Source: Girardia tigrina (lineage: Eukaryota). From it: a stretch of 60,320 nucleotides of DNA. The position numbers were made by a program, and so were the translations under genes. Positions 33,601-47,077 of this stretch are shown here, piece after piece; position 1 is the stretch's first letter, and every line of letters starts with the position of its first letter. The notes beneath the pieces were generated by a model. It made no database searches and was not told where the DNA came from. It was given only the letters and a program-made list of their open reading frames with translations. The stretch lies in the NCBI GenBank assembly GCA_001938485.1, contig MQRK01217587.1, positions 62,337-122,656 on the forward strand. The letters run 5' to 3'.

Positions 33601-36600
33601 TAAATTTAAATTTAAATAATCATAATACAAATGATAATACAAATTAAAACTTTTATAATGGAGGATGATATAAGCATAGCTTACAGAACTCGAAGCAGAA
33701 CATCAGAAAGACGGACAATTATCATTTCCACAAAACGAATATTAATTGTTTTAGAAATAAATTAAAGAGAAAGAAACGTAAAGTTTTATATTTATTGCCT
33801 TATAAGTTAATTGGCCTGAAATTCATGTTCATAATTTATTGCAGAATTAATTTTTGTATTGTAAAATTTAGTTATATATAATCTCTCAAGTCTCGGTTAG
33901 AATGATTCATATTATTATTGAAGTAAATTTTAAAATTTTGTGTATTTTTATAATTTTAGCACTCTTAAAAAATTCTCTTCTTCATTTATATAATAATGAC
34001 ATTTAGGTGTTACTAATGGTTTTGGTAATCAAAACACTGATCAGAGTTATATTTATTTACTTTACAGTAAATAAACATTTTACATTGATGTAAAACTCTT
34101 ATCGTTTTTGAATTTTCTAAATAAAGAATATATCTTTAAGATGTATTTGATCACAAGAGAGCTGGATGTATCATTAGGAATGCATCATACAAATGTACTA
34201 TACATCAGAAAATGCTGCAGCAGAATTAGTTTTGTATTTATCAAACTATTATGGCTATAAGAAACTTATACTAAGATTAAGACTTTAAACCCCTAAATAT
34301 CTTTAATGTGTACATTGAAATACATACTTAATTTTAACATGAACAAAATTTTAGTCCGACGATTTTCAGAATGTCGTCTAAGATGTCATCTTTTGTGACA
34401 GATTCTAAGGTGTACTTATCCACGAATAAACTAATCGCGTCATTTTTGCAAAAATAAAACTTTTAAAAAAACAACATACATCTACGTTAAATTTGCTATT
34501 TGTTAGGACCACATTAGTTGTGGATTGCTTCTGCAGAGCGACAGAGCCGGCCAGAATCAGATAACTTATTGTGAAGACGTTTACAAGACTGGAGAATCCG
34601 TTAGCAACTTCCAATTCATTGGAGCTGCATATGAGAATACAATGAGAAATAGCCTCCAGCATTCCACTCAATTGACATATAAATCAAAAAACACAAACAT
34701 ATTGTAAAGATTGCGGTACTTTTTGATTACTTTGGTACATAATATATAGTGCTGAAATCTTACCTGATCGAGATCTTGATATTGTTACTATCAATCGACT
34801 GTGTTACCGAATGTAACTAGCATCTACGTTAGCATAGTAAAAAAATGATGTTTCGATTAAATGGATTGCATTGAAGGTTCAAATTTAGTATATGGCATTG
34901 AGATTGAAAGGTTAATTATAATTGTTGTTGTGTTCACAAATGTAATTATTATAACTGTGTATGATTTGTTAATGAGAATGGGATCGATCATAAGTACTAG
35001 AATTTTACTTTTTAAAATATTTTTTATAAAATATTTAAATATTTATAAATATATACACAAAACCATGAGGATATGTGTCCAGATGTTGCTTTCTTTATTT
35101 ACATTTACTCATTATAAATAATTAATCTTTTTTCAATTGTGTAAATAAATATTATTTTTATTGTTTTGTTTTGTACATAAAAAAACTTTTAATAATTCTG
35201 ATGAAGGCAATTTGTACTTTCTTAAGTCAAAATTTTATATTATAGAAGCTGCACAGAGAAAACTTTTGAAATCTTTAACAGTTTCATTGCCTCTACCTCA
35301 GAAACAGATTAAGACTGACACAGCAGGTATGGGAATCAAAGTATTTGGTTCTGGCAACGAATCACGACCAAAGACAAATTTTGCAACTCAGGGTTTTATG
35401 TTCTATGACATTTAATAAAATATTGTTATCTTATAATAGATGTCGAAGAAAAGATTTGCCTAGTAAGTTTGGATAGTAACAAAAAATGGATCGAAAATAC
35501 TCAAGTTGCGATGGAACTTGATGACAAGAAGGATGCTATTAAATTTGAAGTTGATAAAATGATGGAAATGATGTGAGTCTTATATTTTATGTTTCTCATT
35601 ATAAACTGGAAACAAAGATACAAATAATCATTATTTATCAAATAATCCTTAAAATAAAATGTAGAAATAAATTTTAATATTAGTGATCATTATACAGTAG
35701 GTATTTCTTATATGCAATTCGTCTATATGCAACTATTGCATATGTTCAACTTTTCCTGAAGCATATAGACGAATTGCATATAGGTAATACCTACTGTAAA
35801 GATTTACCTATATGCAAGTTTTTTTTGCGACACCAAGCGACTTGCATATAGACAATATCTACTGTAAATTATAATACATGGATACAAATCTTTATAAACC
35901 ACTTCTAAGTCTAGTATACTTGGTACGGTACAAGTATTACTGAACATATTTAATTTAATAATAATACTAACATTTTGGAAACATTTTTTTAAAAAATTAC
36001 TAAAGTATTAAAACAGACTTGATAACATTTAAATTTTAAGATTTTAAATAATTCTGACACAAAGAACGAAAAGGATTTTTATAAAAGAAATATTTATAAA
36101 AGATCATAACTCATGCTTTCACATGCAAAGGGATTGAGAAATTAAATTCAAAACAAAATGTATTTTATCGGTGACTGATTATTTTGTATTGGCCACATGC
36201 GTTACTTTACCACTCTTCGATTTCAAAGCTCATGCAGTTTGGAGAACGCGATTTACATTCAGAATATCGTTTGGAAAGTCTTTTTAATTTATTTACATTG
36301 ATAAGATCGCGAATACTATGTAAATTTTGATATATACATTGGATAATAAATTTGTTAGATTTGAATCTTGACAACACATTTCACATACGACATAATATCG
36401 AGAAGAGATGAATAGTTATTATAAAAAAATCTACCCGATCGAATAGGCGTTTTAACGTTATTTATGATACTGATTTCCTGACTCAGTTTTATCTGATTGT
36501 TTAAACAAGTTTGGAAAAATCAACAATTTATCTTAAATTAAACTAATATTTTCTTTATTATTTTTGATTATTATAAGTATCATTTTCGTTCTCAATTAAA

Positions 36601-39600
36601 TCAATATCGATATTAACAGCACTCAAATTTTGCTCTTCATTGTCCGAATCGAAAACGTTTGGTACGTCTATCGAATGGATGAAGTCGTAATCATTTAAAT
36701 CGATATCGTTAAATTCAATTTCGTTCATTTTATTTTTAACGAATTTTCACGATATTCGACTGTTTTTATAATAATTAAAAACTCGAGAAAGACGATTCAT
36801 TTTTTTTATTTACAACTACATGATAAATCGAATTTCAAACTTCGTTCATTTTCTTCTATTATACATTCCCTGTATGAGGGGTTAGTTTAAATTTAAGTTT
36901 CTCCAAAATAGTTTATTATTTTTTTTTAATTTGAAAGTTTAAAAGAAATAAATTTAAAAATTAAAATGTAGAGTAAAAATATGATAAAACAAATACTTAT
37001 TTAAAATATGCTTACAGTAATAACAATTGATATATTTTGATAAAAGTTATGAAATAACTTTAAATAAATTTTAAAATAAATAATTAACGGATTAATATTT
37101 TAATAAATAATTTTCTTAATAAAAGGGTTTATTGTAAATTTAAATTAATTAGTTTTTATGATAAAGTTTCATAAAAATGTTTGAATTATTTTAAAGTTTA
37201 AATTTTGTAAAATTTTCGTAAAAATTGTAAAATTTTCGTAAAAAAGTAAAATTATTTTAAAGTATAAATTCCGTACATTTTCAAAATTTAATGAATTAAT
37301 TTTTGGCGAAATAATTGAATTAACAAGAAATTTGTTTAAATATGTGAATTGTTGATATTAATAAATTTTGTGGTGTTAAATTATGACTTTGGAATTTGAT
37401 AATAATGAAAGTCGCATAAACGCTACTTACTACCCGTATGATAACAAAACAGTCACGCACATATTTCAAGGCAATTCAATTTTCCGCGAAAATAACAATT
37501 TACAATTTGATTATTTAAAACAAACATTCAAGTTTTCTTTTCTTATCAGAAAGCATATAAATATCGAAACAAGCCAAATCGATCAAAAATAGTTCGAATT
37601 CTTGACGATCAACAATCACCGAATTTAAATTATTTTATTTTTTAATTATTTAACTTTAAACTACTTATTTAATTTTTATCAATTCTCATTAAAATTCTTT
37701 TCTTATTTTAAGTTATGTAATGTATTTATGTTACCTCGGCAAATGTTCAGTCAATCCTTTTACTTTCCTCTTGATACAATAATTAAATCGATTGTTAAAA
37801 AATTAATTTAAAATTTTGAAAGTTTCATTTTTTTCGTTAAATTTTTATATTTTCCGAACCCCAACATATTTATTTGAATCATGTTCAACAATATATATAT
37901 ATATATATATATAGTACTGTATATAATAATTAAAAATTATTTTCTAGTTTTTTGGGAATTCGAGCAAAAGTTGATGCGACGAGTGATCAAATAAGTAAAG
38001 GTGTAGAAATTATAATGGATCATTTCAAGCAAAGAATAATCAAAATAATTGTTGCTCATCACAATCAAGAACCAAATTTATTATTAGTTACATTATGTTT
38101 ATCTCACAAGTTAGACAAACAATTAAGAGAAATGAAAGAAGAAGGATATAATGAAAGTGAAGCTCAAATAAGTCATGATTTAGAAGTAAAAGAACGGGAA
38201 ATAATCGCTCTTCGATTTCGAGGAAACACAAAAGTGGAGAATGAAAGTGAAGACCATGTAACCAAATTCATGTATTGTTCACAACTGAAAAATAAAGTGA
38301 AAGTAAAATTTATTTTACATATGAATTTTTTTTAAAAAATATCAAAGATAGTCATTTGACAATTTGAAAATTGAATTTAATTTAGAAGAATCACAGCATA
38401 AACTTTCTTAAATGGTGTACACTCAATATTGCAAACTTGAACTTGATAAAATAGAGAAAAATTTTTGTGTGATACTCGGATGACGTCATATAAAAACTTT
38501 TATTATCATTATGTAGAACTACACTTTGATAAAAGACTAAATAAGTCCTAAAAATTATTTAGTTAATTTTAAAATGAAGTTCTTCGCTAAATTCTAAAAA
38601 AAATGTTTTAAAAAGTATCTGATTTTCATTTAGCTTCAAATTCCAATCCAGACATTCACTTTCGGGCTGTAATGCTTAAGAGTTAGGTTGACTTTGGTAT
38701 ACTTGTACTCGATATTCGAGTGTGACACTTTCATGAAATCTAAAAGTTGCTTCATCTAGAACAATATATTAGACAAAAAATCTGATCTTCAATCTTTCAA
38801 AGAAGTCGACACGCATCGTACTCTTGAAGTTTTGTCGTATTCGGACAACCTTTGTAAGATGTGATAATTATAAGAACAAGGTTTAATAATTTGCTTTAAC
38901 TTTATTCGTATAAACATGCACAAATATTGTAATTCTCTCGACAATCTTCTACACTTTGTATTGTACTACAATTTAGATCACTAAAATGTTATCTATAAAC
39001 GCTTTTCTTCCATCGTCGTCACTTGAACAGCCCCTTCTAATACTTTTACTCTTAAATATGTTTGCTAAGAGAACTCACACATATGTAACAACATTTATTG
39101 CAATCACAATTTGGATCATCTTTATGACAATCGGTAACAATGCCTTTGTTCAAATGTTTAATACTTTTCATCCCAATCTGAACTAACTTGAAAAGAATTA
39201 TTTTATTTAAAATACTTAATTTAAATTTAATTGGTTAAAATAAAATTACTTTTTATAATCATTTAAAATATTAATTTGATTTAATTATTGAAAAATTTAC
39301 AATAATAAATTAAAAACTTGAATATTAAATCTAAATTTGAATAAATTAGTTTCAGATAATAAGAATTAAATTATTAATCATTAACTGATTACGGGAGTCG
39401 CAATCCCGAATCAAAACACAACATTTAAACATTCAAACAACACACAAAACATCAACATTCCAAATATTCCTCACAATGTTGACGTTTTTTTCTTGAAAAG
39501 GAATATATTTCTAACCAATTTGTTGCAAAAAAGTTTATTCAAACATATATTTTTTATTAATTATGTTAGGTTCGTGGTTATGTTCTGATTTAAATTCAGA

Positions 39601-42600
39601 AGACATTTTTGAAACTTTTATTTAATAACAACAATAAACATATTATTTGTATTTAAATCTATAATCAGTTATTTAAACAATTATTACCTAAGTAAATTTC
39701 TGAGGAACTATTTTTCATTTTTCTTGCACAAACTAATAATATCAAAATAATTGTAAATATAAATATATGTAAATTAATTATTTTCGAAATGTTAATTTAA
39801 TTTTTAAAATAAAACTTATAAAATTATAAATTGTTTTATCTAAAGATTAATTTGATTTACTAAAATTTTGTCCACAACATGGAATTCGAAAGAAATTAGA
39901 CAGACTTAAGTTCCGATTATCTGTTGATTCTATGTTTAATTACACTGTACAACAATTTTTAGCTTTTGAAAAAAAACGAGTCAAATAAGATTATCTTTAT
40001 TAAATCAGATGTACTGATTCTAAATCTATAATCAGTTAGGCTGTAGCATGTCACATTTTATTGTAATAACGATTTAATGATGGAACGTGTATGAACATGT
40101 TTAGAATATTTGTTATCACTTATAACACAATTTGTTCACTTGTATTTAATTATATTTAGCGTGGTGTTTGAATGCTGCATTGGTTCATAGCGCTTCAAAT
40201 TCCAGCAGAAATCTGCAAGCATGGCAGGACTCCACTTTCCTTTGTATCTGTGTTCCATTGTAGCAATAGTCTGATGAAAGCGCTCACCATTTTCGTCAGA
40301 TACATCTCTGTTAAACTCCCAATTTATCCTCCGAACGAAACAAAGGAGAAATTGGAGGTTTTATCAGATAAATTAGTTATGATGCACAAAAGGAACTAAA
40401 GTACTAAATAGACCTAATGTTAAAGTTATTAGGTCAGTTTAGTAACTTTGCAAAAAAGAAATAACTCAAAAAAATAATCAAAATTACTAATAAAACTTTG
40501 TAATAACAGTAGAATACAGAAACACAATGTAAATAGTTACCACACGTAATTAAAAAAGGTTGATCGTCAAATATATAATAAATGAATTCAGCCAATGTCA
40601 GTAAATCGTCAAAAATGATAATCACAAATCGTCAGCCAACTGGTAATTAAATGATGAATTATAATTATGAAAAAATAAATCAATGAAGCATTGATTTATT
40701 TGAAGATCTAAAATTCAAATATCCCATATTGCTATGGGCTATTTGAATCTTGATGATTTTATAAATTGCAAATTTTATAATTGCAAATAAAAACCAAAAA
40801 TAAATCTCGACATAAAAAATAAAAATAAATACATAAATAATAAAACATAATAAATAATAAAACATAAATAAAATAAATAATTTTGGACGCAAAGACCATA
40901 CAAAAAATAAGAAATAAAATTACGTGTCGTAAGAAGGCAGAACAAAAGAAATGAAGGATAAAATGAAAGAAAGAGTAGGAGAAGTTCACACTACAATCTC
41001 TATTGGAAGAGAAGGAGGAAAGATTGGAATTGAGAAAGTGAAGCTTCAAAGACATATTACAACCTAATTGTTGATGGGATGCAATTAATCCGCCTACCAG
41101 ATCAGCATAATTTAGTGCTTTATGTTTTCCAAGAAATCCCTGGCACACCTGCTTGAATGCATCCCATGCTGCAAGTTCCGATTGATCAATAATTCCAGAA
41201 AACCTTTTATCCAGCATCAGTTGTCGTATTTATAGCCCTAAGAAAATGCCCTCTTTAATTTTGGCGTCACTGATTTTTGGAAATTTGGTCTGTAAATATT
41301 GAAAGGCTAGTTTGTGGTGACTTAACGCTTTAACTAACTGCTTCATAATTCCAAACTTGATGTGAAGATTACGCAAGATGAACTTCTCTTTCTTCACAAG
41401 AGGTTCGTGATTGATGTTATGCGAACGAACTTGGAATATTTCTCTTTGTGGCGAAGATTTCTTCGTATAATGTTCAGATTTTATCATGCTATTCCATTTG
41501 CAGAGGAAACACATGAACTTGGTAAAACCAGCCTGTAATCCATTTAGAATAACCACAACTTTTAAATCTGCACATATGAACCACCGGTGATCTATGTATT
41601 TAATTCTGTCAAAAATAAGTGATATATCCGCATAGTTTCTTCTCAGGGTTACCAAATGTGCCATGGGAATGGAAGGCAGTAAATTTCTGGTATGAAGTAA
41701 TACTACTTTAATGCTGTTGAGTGATGCGTCTATTAAGAACATTTCGACAAGTCTCGTTTGAATTTTTATTGCCATCACATTTAGAGTCATTATGACTCTC
41801 AGAAAGTCTTTCATCGTTTGTCATCATTTTAATTGGTTTTCTTATTTCTATTTTTAATCATGATTATTCGAACAATTTTTCTAAGTTCTTTTTTAAAATA
41901 TTTAACCTCTAAAAAATATTACATAAAAATAATAATTTTAACCATTTTTCAATAAATTCCAAAATAATAAAAATGTCATCAAATTATAAAAAATGCATTT
42001 AATTTAAATTTTACCAAAAATATTAGACTTAATTTTAATTGTTAAATTAAAAATATGAACTTATCAAATGATTATTTTAATTATGTTCGAATAGTCAATC
42101 ACTTTAAATTTAAAAGAAATACCAATTTCCATCTGGGTGGGAGAATAACCATTCTAAATTCAACATACTTAAATCAACACACAGCATCAATACATTTACA
42201 CATTCAAACAATTTAAAATATTCCTCACAGCGTCAATAAACAAATTCCACTGAGATGAATCATATTGTATTCCTAGATCAACAAAAAATCCACTGATGTC
42301 ATTACAGAAGCAAAGATCTTCATCCAGAGAGAAGGATTGCTGCATTTCTCTGGATCGCTTTCTAAATGACGAGACTCTAACATCACCAGTCAACAGATGC
42401 CATTGCTGAAGAATGGAAACCGAGCACTTCACTACGTGGCTTGGTTAAATACAAATCTCGTACAAGATCATTCAGGTCAGATCATGTTATGAAGTGAGGT
42501 TCACGGTTTGCATCTTCTTGCAAATGGTAACTTGCTTCATCAGTATCCTCATCTGAATCAGAACTGTTTGTGTTTGGGATTTCCGATGGATGTTCAGTAA

Positions 42601-44197
42601 CAAGGAGTTCAGCCAAATAAGGAACAGAACGAATAGCTGAAGATAGATTTGGGTAGACTATAGCTCTCTTACCCTTGGAATTGCGACCTGAGATGTCGAC
42701 AGAACAGAAATCGCAATCTGTACAATGATTTTGGGGTTAACGCCCACCATTGGCACCCCAAATGTTGGTCCTTCACCAGTCCTGTTTGCCTACGATGATA
42801 GTGAACTAGCACACCTTACACAATATACATGAGGCGCCCAGTTCTTATCCTGGTCTTCGAGCTTGCAACCAAAGTATAGCTCACATATGATGTCAATCTT
42901 CGTCTGCATCTCTTTTAACAAATGTAACAAAAGTTGTCGGCCTTATTTTTACAAGATCTAGGGCATTTTTGTATCAATACAATCGATAAATTACTTAGCT
43001 CACAACTCCAATTATAATAAAATAACTCCTTCAATAATCTTGCAACTACAATAATCACATGAAAACTAATATTCCAACTGTCTGCAAACCGTATATACAC
43101 ACTTCATCACGTGACCGCTTCTCGATAAATCATTGGTTGGTAAGGAATGCTGACATGGGCAAAAATTGTAGGCAAGCTACGATTCTGCTGACGTAAGCAA
43201 CGAAATTATGTTGGCTTAAGGAAAGCAATTCTGCAGACGTAAGCTATAAAATATTGTTGACGTATGCAATAAAATATTGTTGGCGTAAGGATTGCAATAT
43301 TACTGACGTAAGCAATATTATCCTGCCATGTAATGGGTTCAATTCCATTACACAGCTGTAAATTGAAAATATGAAATTGTGAATTTACATAAAATTGGAG
43401 GGTCACACAACAAATTTGATATCATTTTCTAAATCTCCATGCCAAAATACATAAGGAAGTGCCACTGGTATTTCCGTTTTTGTCTCTGGATGAGGGAGCC
43501 AGTTTAATCGCCAGCCATTTGACCATTGGACAGGTAGTATAGGTTTACATGACACCTGTAGAAGGCATGCTTGCCTAACTTGACAATAACAAAAAAAGTA
43601 TTTTAGAAAAAAGACATTAGTATTTGTAAATTTGATAAAGGTAATGGTTTAGTTGTTTTGGATAAAACTGATAATCTTAATGAGCTACATGAAGTGTTAG
43701 ATGGTTGACTATTTATAAAAATGAAAAATTTCCACTATTGAAAGATGACGAATTTTTGTGTTCTCTTTTGAGTGAACTTTGTAAAAACAATCACATGGAT
43801 AAGAAGTTAGTAAAACATTTTTGTCTAACTGATTTCCAGCCTACTAAACTTTATGGTCTTCCTTAGGTGTATAAGGATGATATTCGTGATATCGATGATT
43901 CCAACTACTCAATACTGTATTGCAAAATTTTTTGATTCAAAATTAAAACGTTTGGTTTATTCTGAGTTATACTGTAAGGATAGCTTTGAAATTGTTGAAT
44001 TTATTTCAAACTTTAATCTGGGTAATAAAAGTGAATTCATGGTTTTTTAGACATTACAAGTCTCTTCACCAATGTCACATTGAAAGAAACAATTGATCTT
44101 TGATATAAATTTTTGAATTTCATCAGTCGTATAATTACTACATAGCTCATTAATCTACTGATATATATGTATAATTAATATACTATGTATATGTATA

Positions 44198-44233
<36 letters not shown>

Positions 44234-47077
44234 CATCCAAACATTTGTTTCGATTAGTTCATTTGCAAATAAGTAAATATTAAAATTTCATCAGTTTATT
44301 GTGTTTGAAACATATTCAGTAAATAATATTTTTTGTTAGAGGATTTTCTGTTTGAATTGTGATAATTATGAGAGACTATAACATATGAAGTCGCAGTGAT
44401 ATCTCGCTATTTTATCAATGCTAATAATGAAAATAAAATTTTCGTAAATACAAATTTTATATTTATATTTTTTACAATGATTCAATAGGATAACAAGAAT
44501 TATAATTTATAATCGTCTTAATTTTGTGATACCAACAAATTCATAATAATATTTTGCTTGATTTTAGATAAAGTTGGAAGTAATTGACAAATACGCTCAG
44601 AGATCAAAATCCAAATTTGAAGGTTTTCTCACTATAACAACTAGTAAATGGATCAAAAAACCTCAGCCAAGAGGCGAAGGACAACCCAGGAAGGGCCCTC
44701 CTCAAATGATAGACGTTGAAGAAATATTTCCAATTTTCGAAGCTCTTTTAGAAATTCCTAAGGATTTACCTTCGTCAAGCAGCAAAGTACTGAGTCAAAA
44801 CTTTCATTTTATTAGCAAAGGTAAAAAATTAAATTTTCACATTTAAGTTTAAAATTGTCCTTAAATCGTTTTTTGTCATATTTTAAGAATTAGTCTTATT
44901 TTGATGTTTTTATTTTAGATTCTGTGACAGAAGATTTTATAAAAAAAATATCGATAAAGGTGAAAGAAGATTGGAAACAATTGGCAAAAGCTCTCAATCT
45001 TCCCCGTAATCGGATTGAAGAAATCGACTCTCTATCTGAGAACCATAAAAATACTCCAATAATGGCTTATGAAGTTTTAAAACTTTGGATCATGCATTTG
45101 CCTGTTTCTAAAAATAAGGTTGTCTAAAATTTTTTTCAAACATATTATAGTGTTATAAAAAGAGATATTATGGGAAATATAAAGTAGTTTTAAGAATAAT
45201 AAATGAGTAATATTAATTTTCATTATGTTTACTACTAGTAAACATGTAACTCTAGTAAATTACTAGAGTTTCTCTCCTGACTTACAGGGTCATTGGATAC
45301 ATATTCGTCCTTAATTCTTATAGCTTTTTGGACCAATATTTGTTTTGGAAAGATAAAGTATATTTTAAAGGATTTTTTAACAATTTAGCAATTCTGCAAT
45401 GTCTGTTTCGGAGCAGGTAAATATTAGAATATATGACTTGTCATTTAAATGTATGTTAAGACATTCCTTTAAAATAGAACTTAAATATTATTAATAAAAA
45501 AATTTTTTTATAAAAACAACCACGTTTTTCAAGCATTACCAATGCACTAAAAAGAGGAAAATAATTTTTTTCTAGACATGTGCGAAATTTTATACCTAAC
45601 CAAAAATGTGGGGTGGATTTCTGAATTACTGCTATTAGTAACTGTTATTTCCTCTTTACTGTTTTTTAGTAACAATCGATCATTTCTATGCCCCACGTTT
45701 TTGGTTAGGTATAAAATTTCCCACATGTCTAGAAAAAAAATTATTTTCCTCTTTTTAGTGCATTGGTAATGCTTGAAAAACGTGGTTGTTTTTATAAAAA
45801 AATTTTTATTAATAATATTATTTAACTATTTTTAGTTATCNNNNNNNNNNNNNNNNNNNNNNNNNNNNNNNNNNNNNNNNNNNNNNNNNNAGAAATGATA
45901 ATAAAACCAAAATAACAAAGTTTTATTTTAATAAAAGCAAGTTTTATTTCAAAATAATTTTTAAACCTAATTTTAATACTTCTACACTTAATTATCACTT
46001 GATTTTAAACAATATTTGTTCAATTTATTAATTTTTTCCGTACATCCGTAAAGTAAATGATTTAAAATATTGTATTGTCATCGGAAACAAGCCTGTATAA
46101 AAAATTCTGCTCAATTGGATGACTGAAAGTGGTCGAAAAACCAATCGCAAGATTTTTTCCAGACAGACAGACAGACAAGAAACCAAGCTAAGAAAAACGT
46201 GGTAAAAGCGATATTGATAAAGAATTTCTAATAAAACAAACTATAACTAACAATTTATAACCTTTCTTGAATGATAATTTTTATAAATAAATTTTAAATT
46301 ACTGTATTATCGCGCAGATAAGTCACAAGCACGCACAAATCGCATATGAGTTTTTTTAAAATGCACTTTTTTGACAGATAATCCACGGTTTATATGTGCG
46401 ATATAACTATATAGAGTTATTGAAAAGTATACCTTTTTTGTAAAAATTTTTTTGTAAACTTTTTTCAATAATATAAAAATTTTGTTTAAATTAGAAAATT
46501 CTAATTAAAAATTTGCTTATTACATTTACATATTTATGCGCGAAATCTGATGTTAAAATCTGAATGAAAGTATCAAATTTTGCTTTGTGTTAATTTATAA
46601 TTATTTTTTGTGATAAACTGTCAACCAAAAAGAATTTTATGATATGGGTCGTATAAGTTTCAACTAATTTTGTTTCTTTTTAACTATCATTTTTTTCTCA
46701 GATAGGTCGCGACTTATCTGCGCGATAATACGGTATTCAAAAAATAGTAATAATAATAAATTATTAGTTATTTCTTTAATCTTAGTCAAACCTCAAGATT
46801 ACTGAAACTTTGGCCAAGTAAACATTCAATTTAAGGAAATTAAATAAGAGCTCTGCTTGAGCTTTAATATTCTATAAAAATACAACTTTATTATGAATAA
46901 AATTAAGTGTAGTACTGACATGAAGTCAATAGAATTGTGACTATTTTTATTAAGAAAATGGTTTATTAACTACATTATCAAGAAATGTTTTATTTCTGTT
47001 TTATTTAGGAAAAAATACTCAACAAGGCACTGAATATTATCAATCGGCAAGATGTACTCGAAGAGATTCCGATTTAA
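27660..47077 (+). CDS. DTHD1: Death domain-containing protein 1-like (coiled coil, ZU5-ZU5-UPA, C-terminal Death domain), ~821 aa
   Basis: Eleven phase-compatible GT-AG exons: 27660-27945, 27988-28378, 28426-28630, 32991-33323, 33408-33501, 35246-35392, 35440-35572, 37948-38302, 44568-44820, 44919-45118, 47009-47077 (2466 nt, ends TAA). ZU5-like VSLTIPPGAV, FSPMLKI, LLKSLTVSLPLP; UPA-like IALRFRGN; Death-like DWKQLAKALNL..IEEI..AYEVLKLW..LNKALNIINRQDVLEEI. Orthology is inferred from domain architecture. Confidence 0.8.
29055..29093 (-). ncRNA. Hammerhead motif family B with GAAA>AAAA core mutation (likely inactive)
   Basis: Reverse complement reads GTT-CTGATGA-T-GACGGT(TAA)ACCGTC-AAAA-TTAATA-AAC. 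Confidence 0.7.
30551..30589 (+). ncRNA. Minimal type I hammerhead ribozyme motif (family B, intact core)
   Basis: GTT-CTGATGA-T-GATGGT(TAA)ACCGTC-GAAA-TTAATA-AAC inside the inverted Penelope pLTR. Confidence 0.8.
30992..31560 (+). mobile_element. DINE-1/HINE-like Helentron-associated repeat (gap inside)
   Basis: Subterminal IR ACCACGTTT/AAACGTGGT, (GTCT/GTTT)n microsatellite, 3' stem-loop GCATT-GGT-AATGC; further pieces at 45515-45790 and 46102-46206. Confidence 0.7.
35695..35864. mobile_element. Tiny Tigger/pogo-type MITE (102 bp) plus adjacent partial copy
   Basis: CAGTAGGTATT..TATATGC arms with TA flanks at 35695-35796; second related hairpin at 35799-35864. Confidence 0.75.
38620..38960 (-). 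mobile_element. Degraded Tc1/mariner (Tc3/maT-like) fragment
   Basis: NILF.DEATF and SPKVNVW motifs in broken frames. Confidence 0.5.
39063..39475. mobile_element. Solo LTR
   Basis: TG...CA ends with perfect 5-bp TSD ATGTT. Confidence 0.85.
40309..40995. mobile_element. Solo LTR, second family
   Basis: TGT...ACA ends with perfect TSD ATCTC; removal restores SNRDVSDENGERF. Confidence 0.85.
41731..42229. mobile_element. Solo LTR
   Basis: Perfect TSD GCGTC; removal restores FIDASLN. Confidence 0.9.
43560..44105 (+). mobile_element. Penelope-like RT N-terminal remnant
   Basis: KFDKGNGLVVLDK, PTKLYGLP, DITSLFTNV motifs. Confidence 0.8.
45484..45819. repeat. Long palindrome of the Helentron-type repeat 3' end
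   Basis: ~130 bp near-perfect inverted arms around a ~78 bp spacer, next to an N gap. Confidence 0.8.
46302..46733. mobile_element. pogo/Tigger-type MITE
   Basis: TIRs C(T/C)GTATTATCGCGCAGATAAGTC with TA TSDs. Confidence 0.85.

Larger units (their letters stand above)
40150..42966 (-). mobile_element. Chapaev3-like (CMC superfamily) transposase pseudogene split by two solo LTRs
   Basis: MPRSCKNKADNFCYIC..WNLFIDAS..VVLLH..ICADLKV..CFLCKW..MSLKLHFL..VSDENGERFHQ..MLADFCW. Confidence 0.75.

Noticed and set aside
35191-35245. Hammerhead at the DTHD1-like exon 6 acceptor
   Set aside because: Core G missing and stems weak; kept only as a weak supporting case, not as a feature.
40270-40300. CTGATGA hairpin as a hammerhead
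   Set aside because: It is the antisense of transposase codons SDENGERFHQ; no GAAA or stem II geometry.
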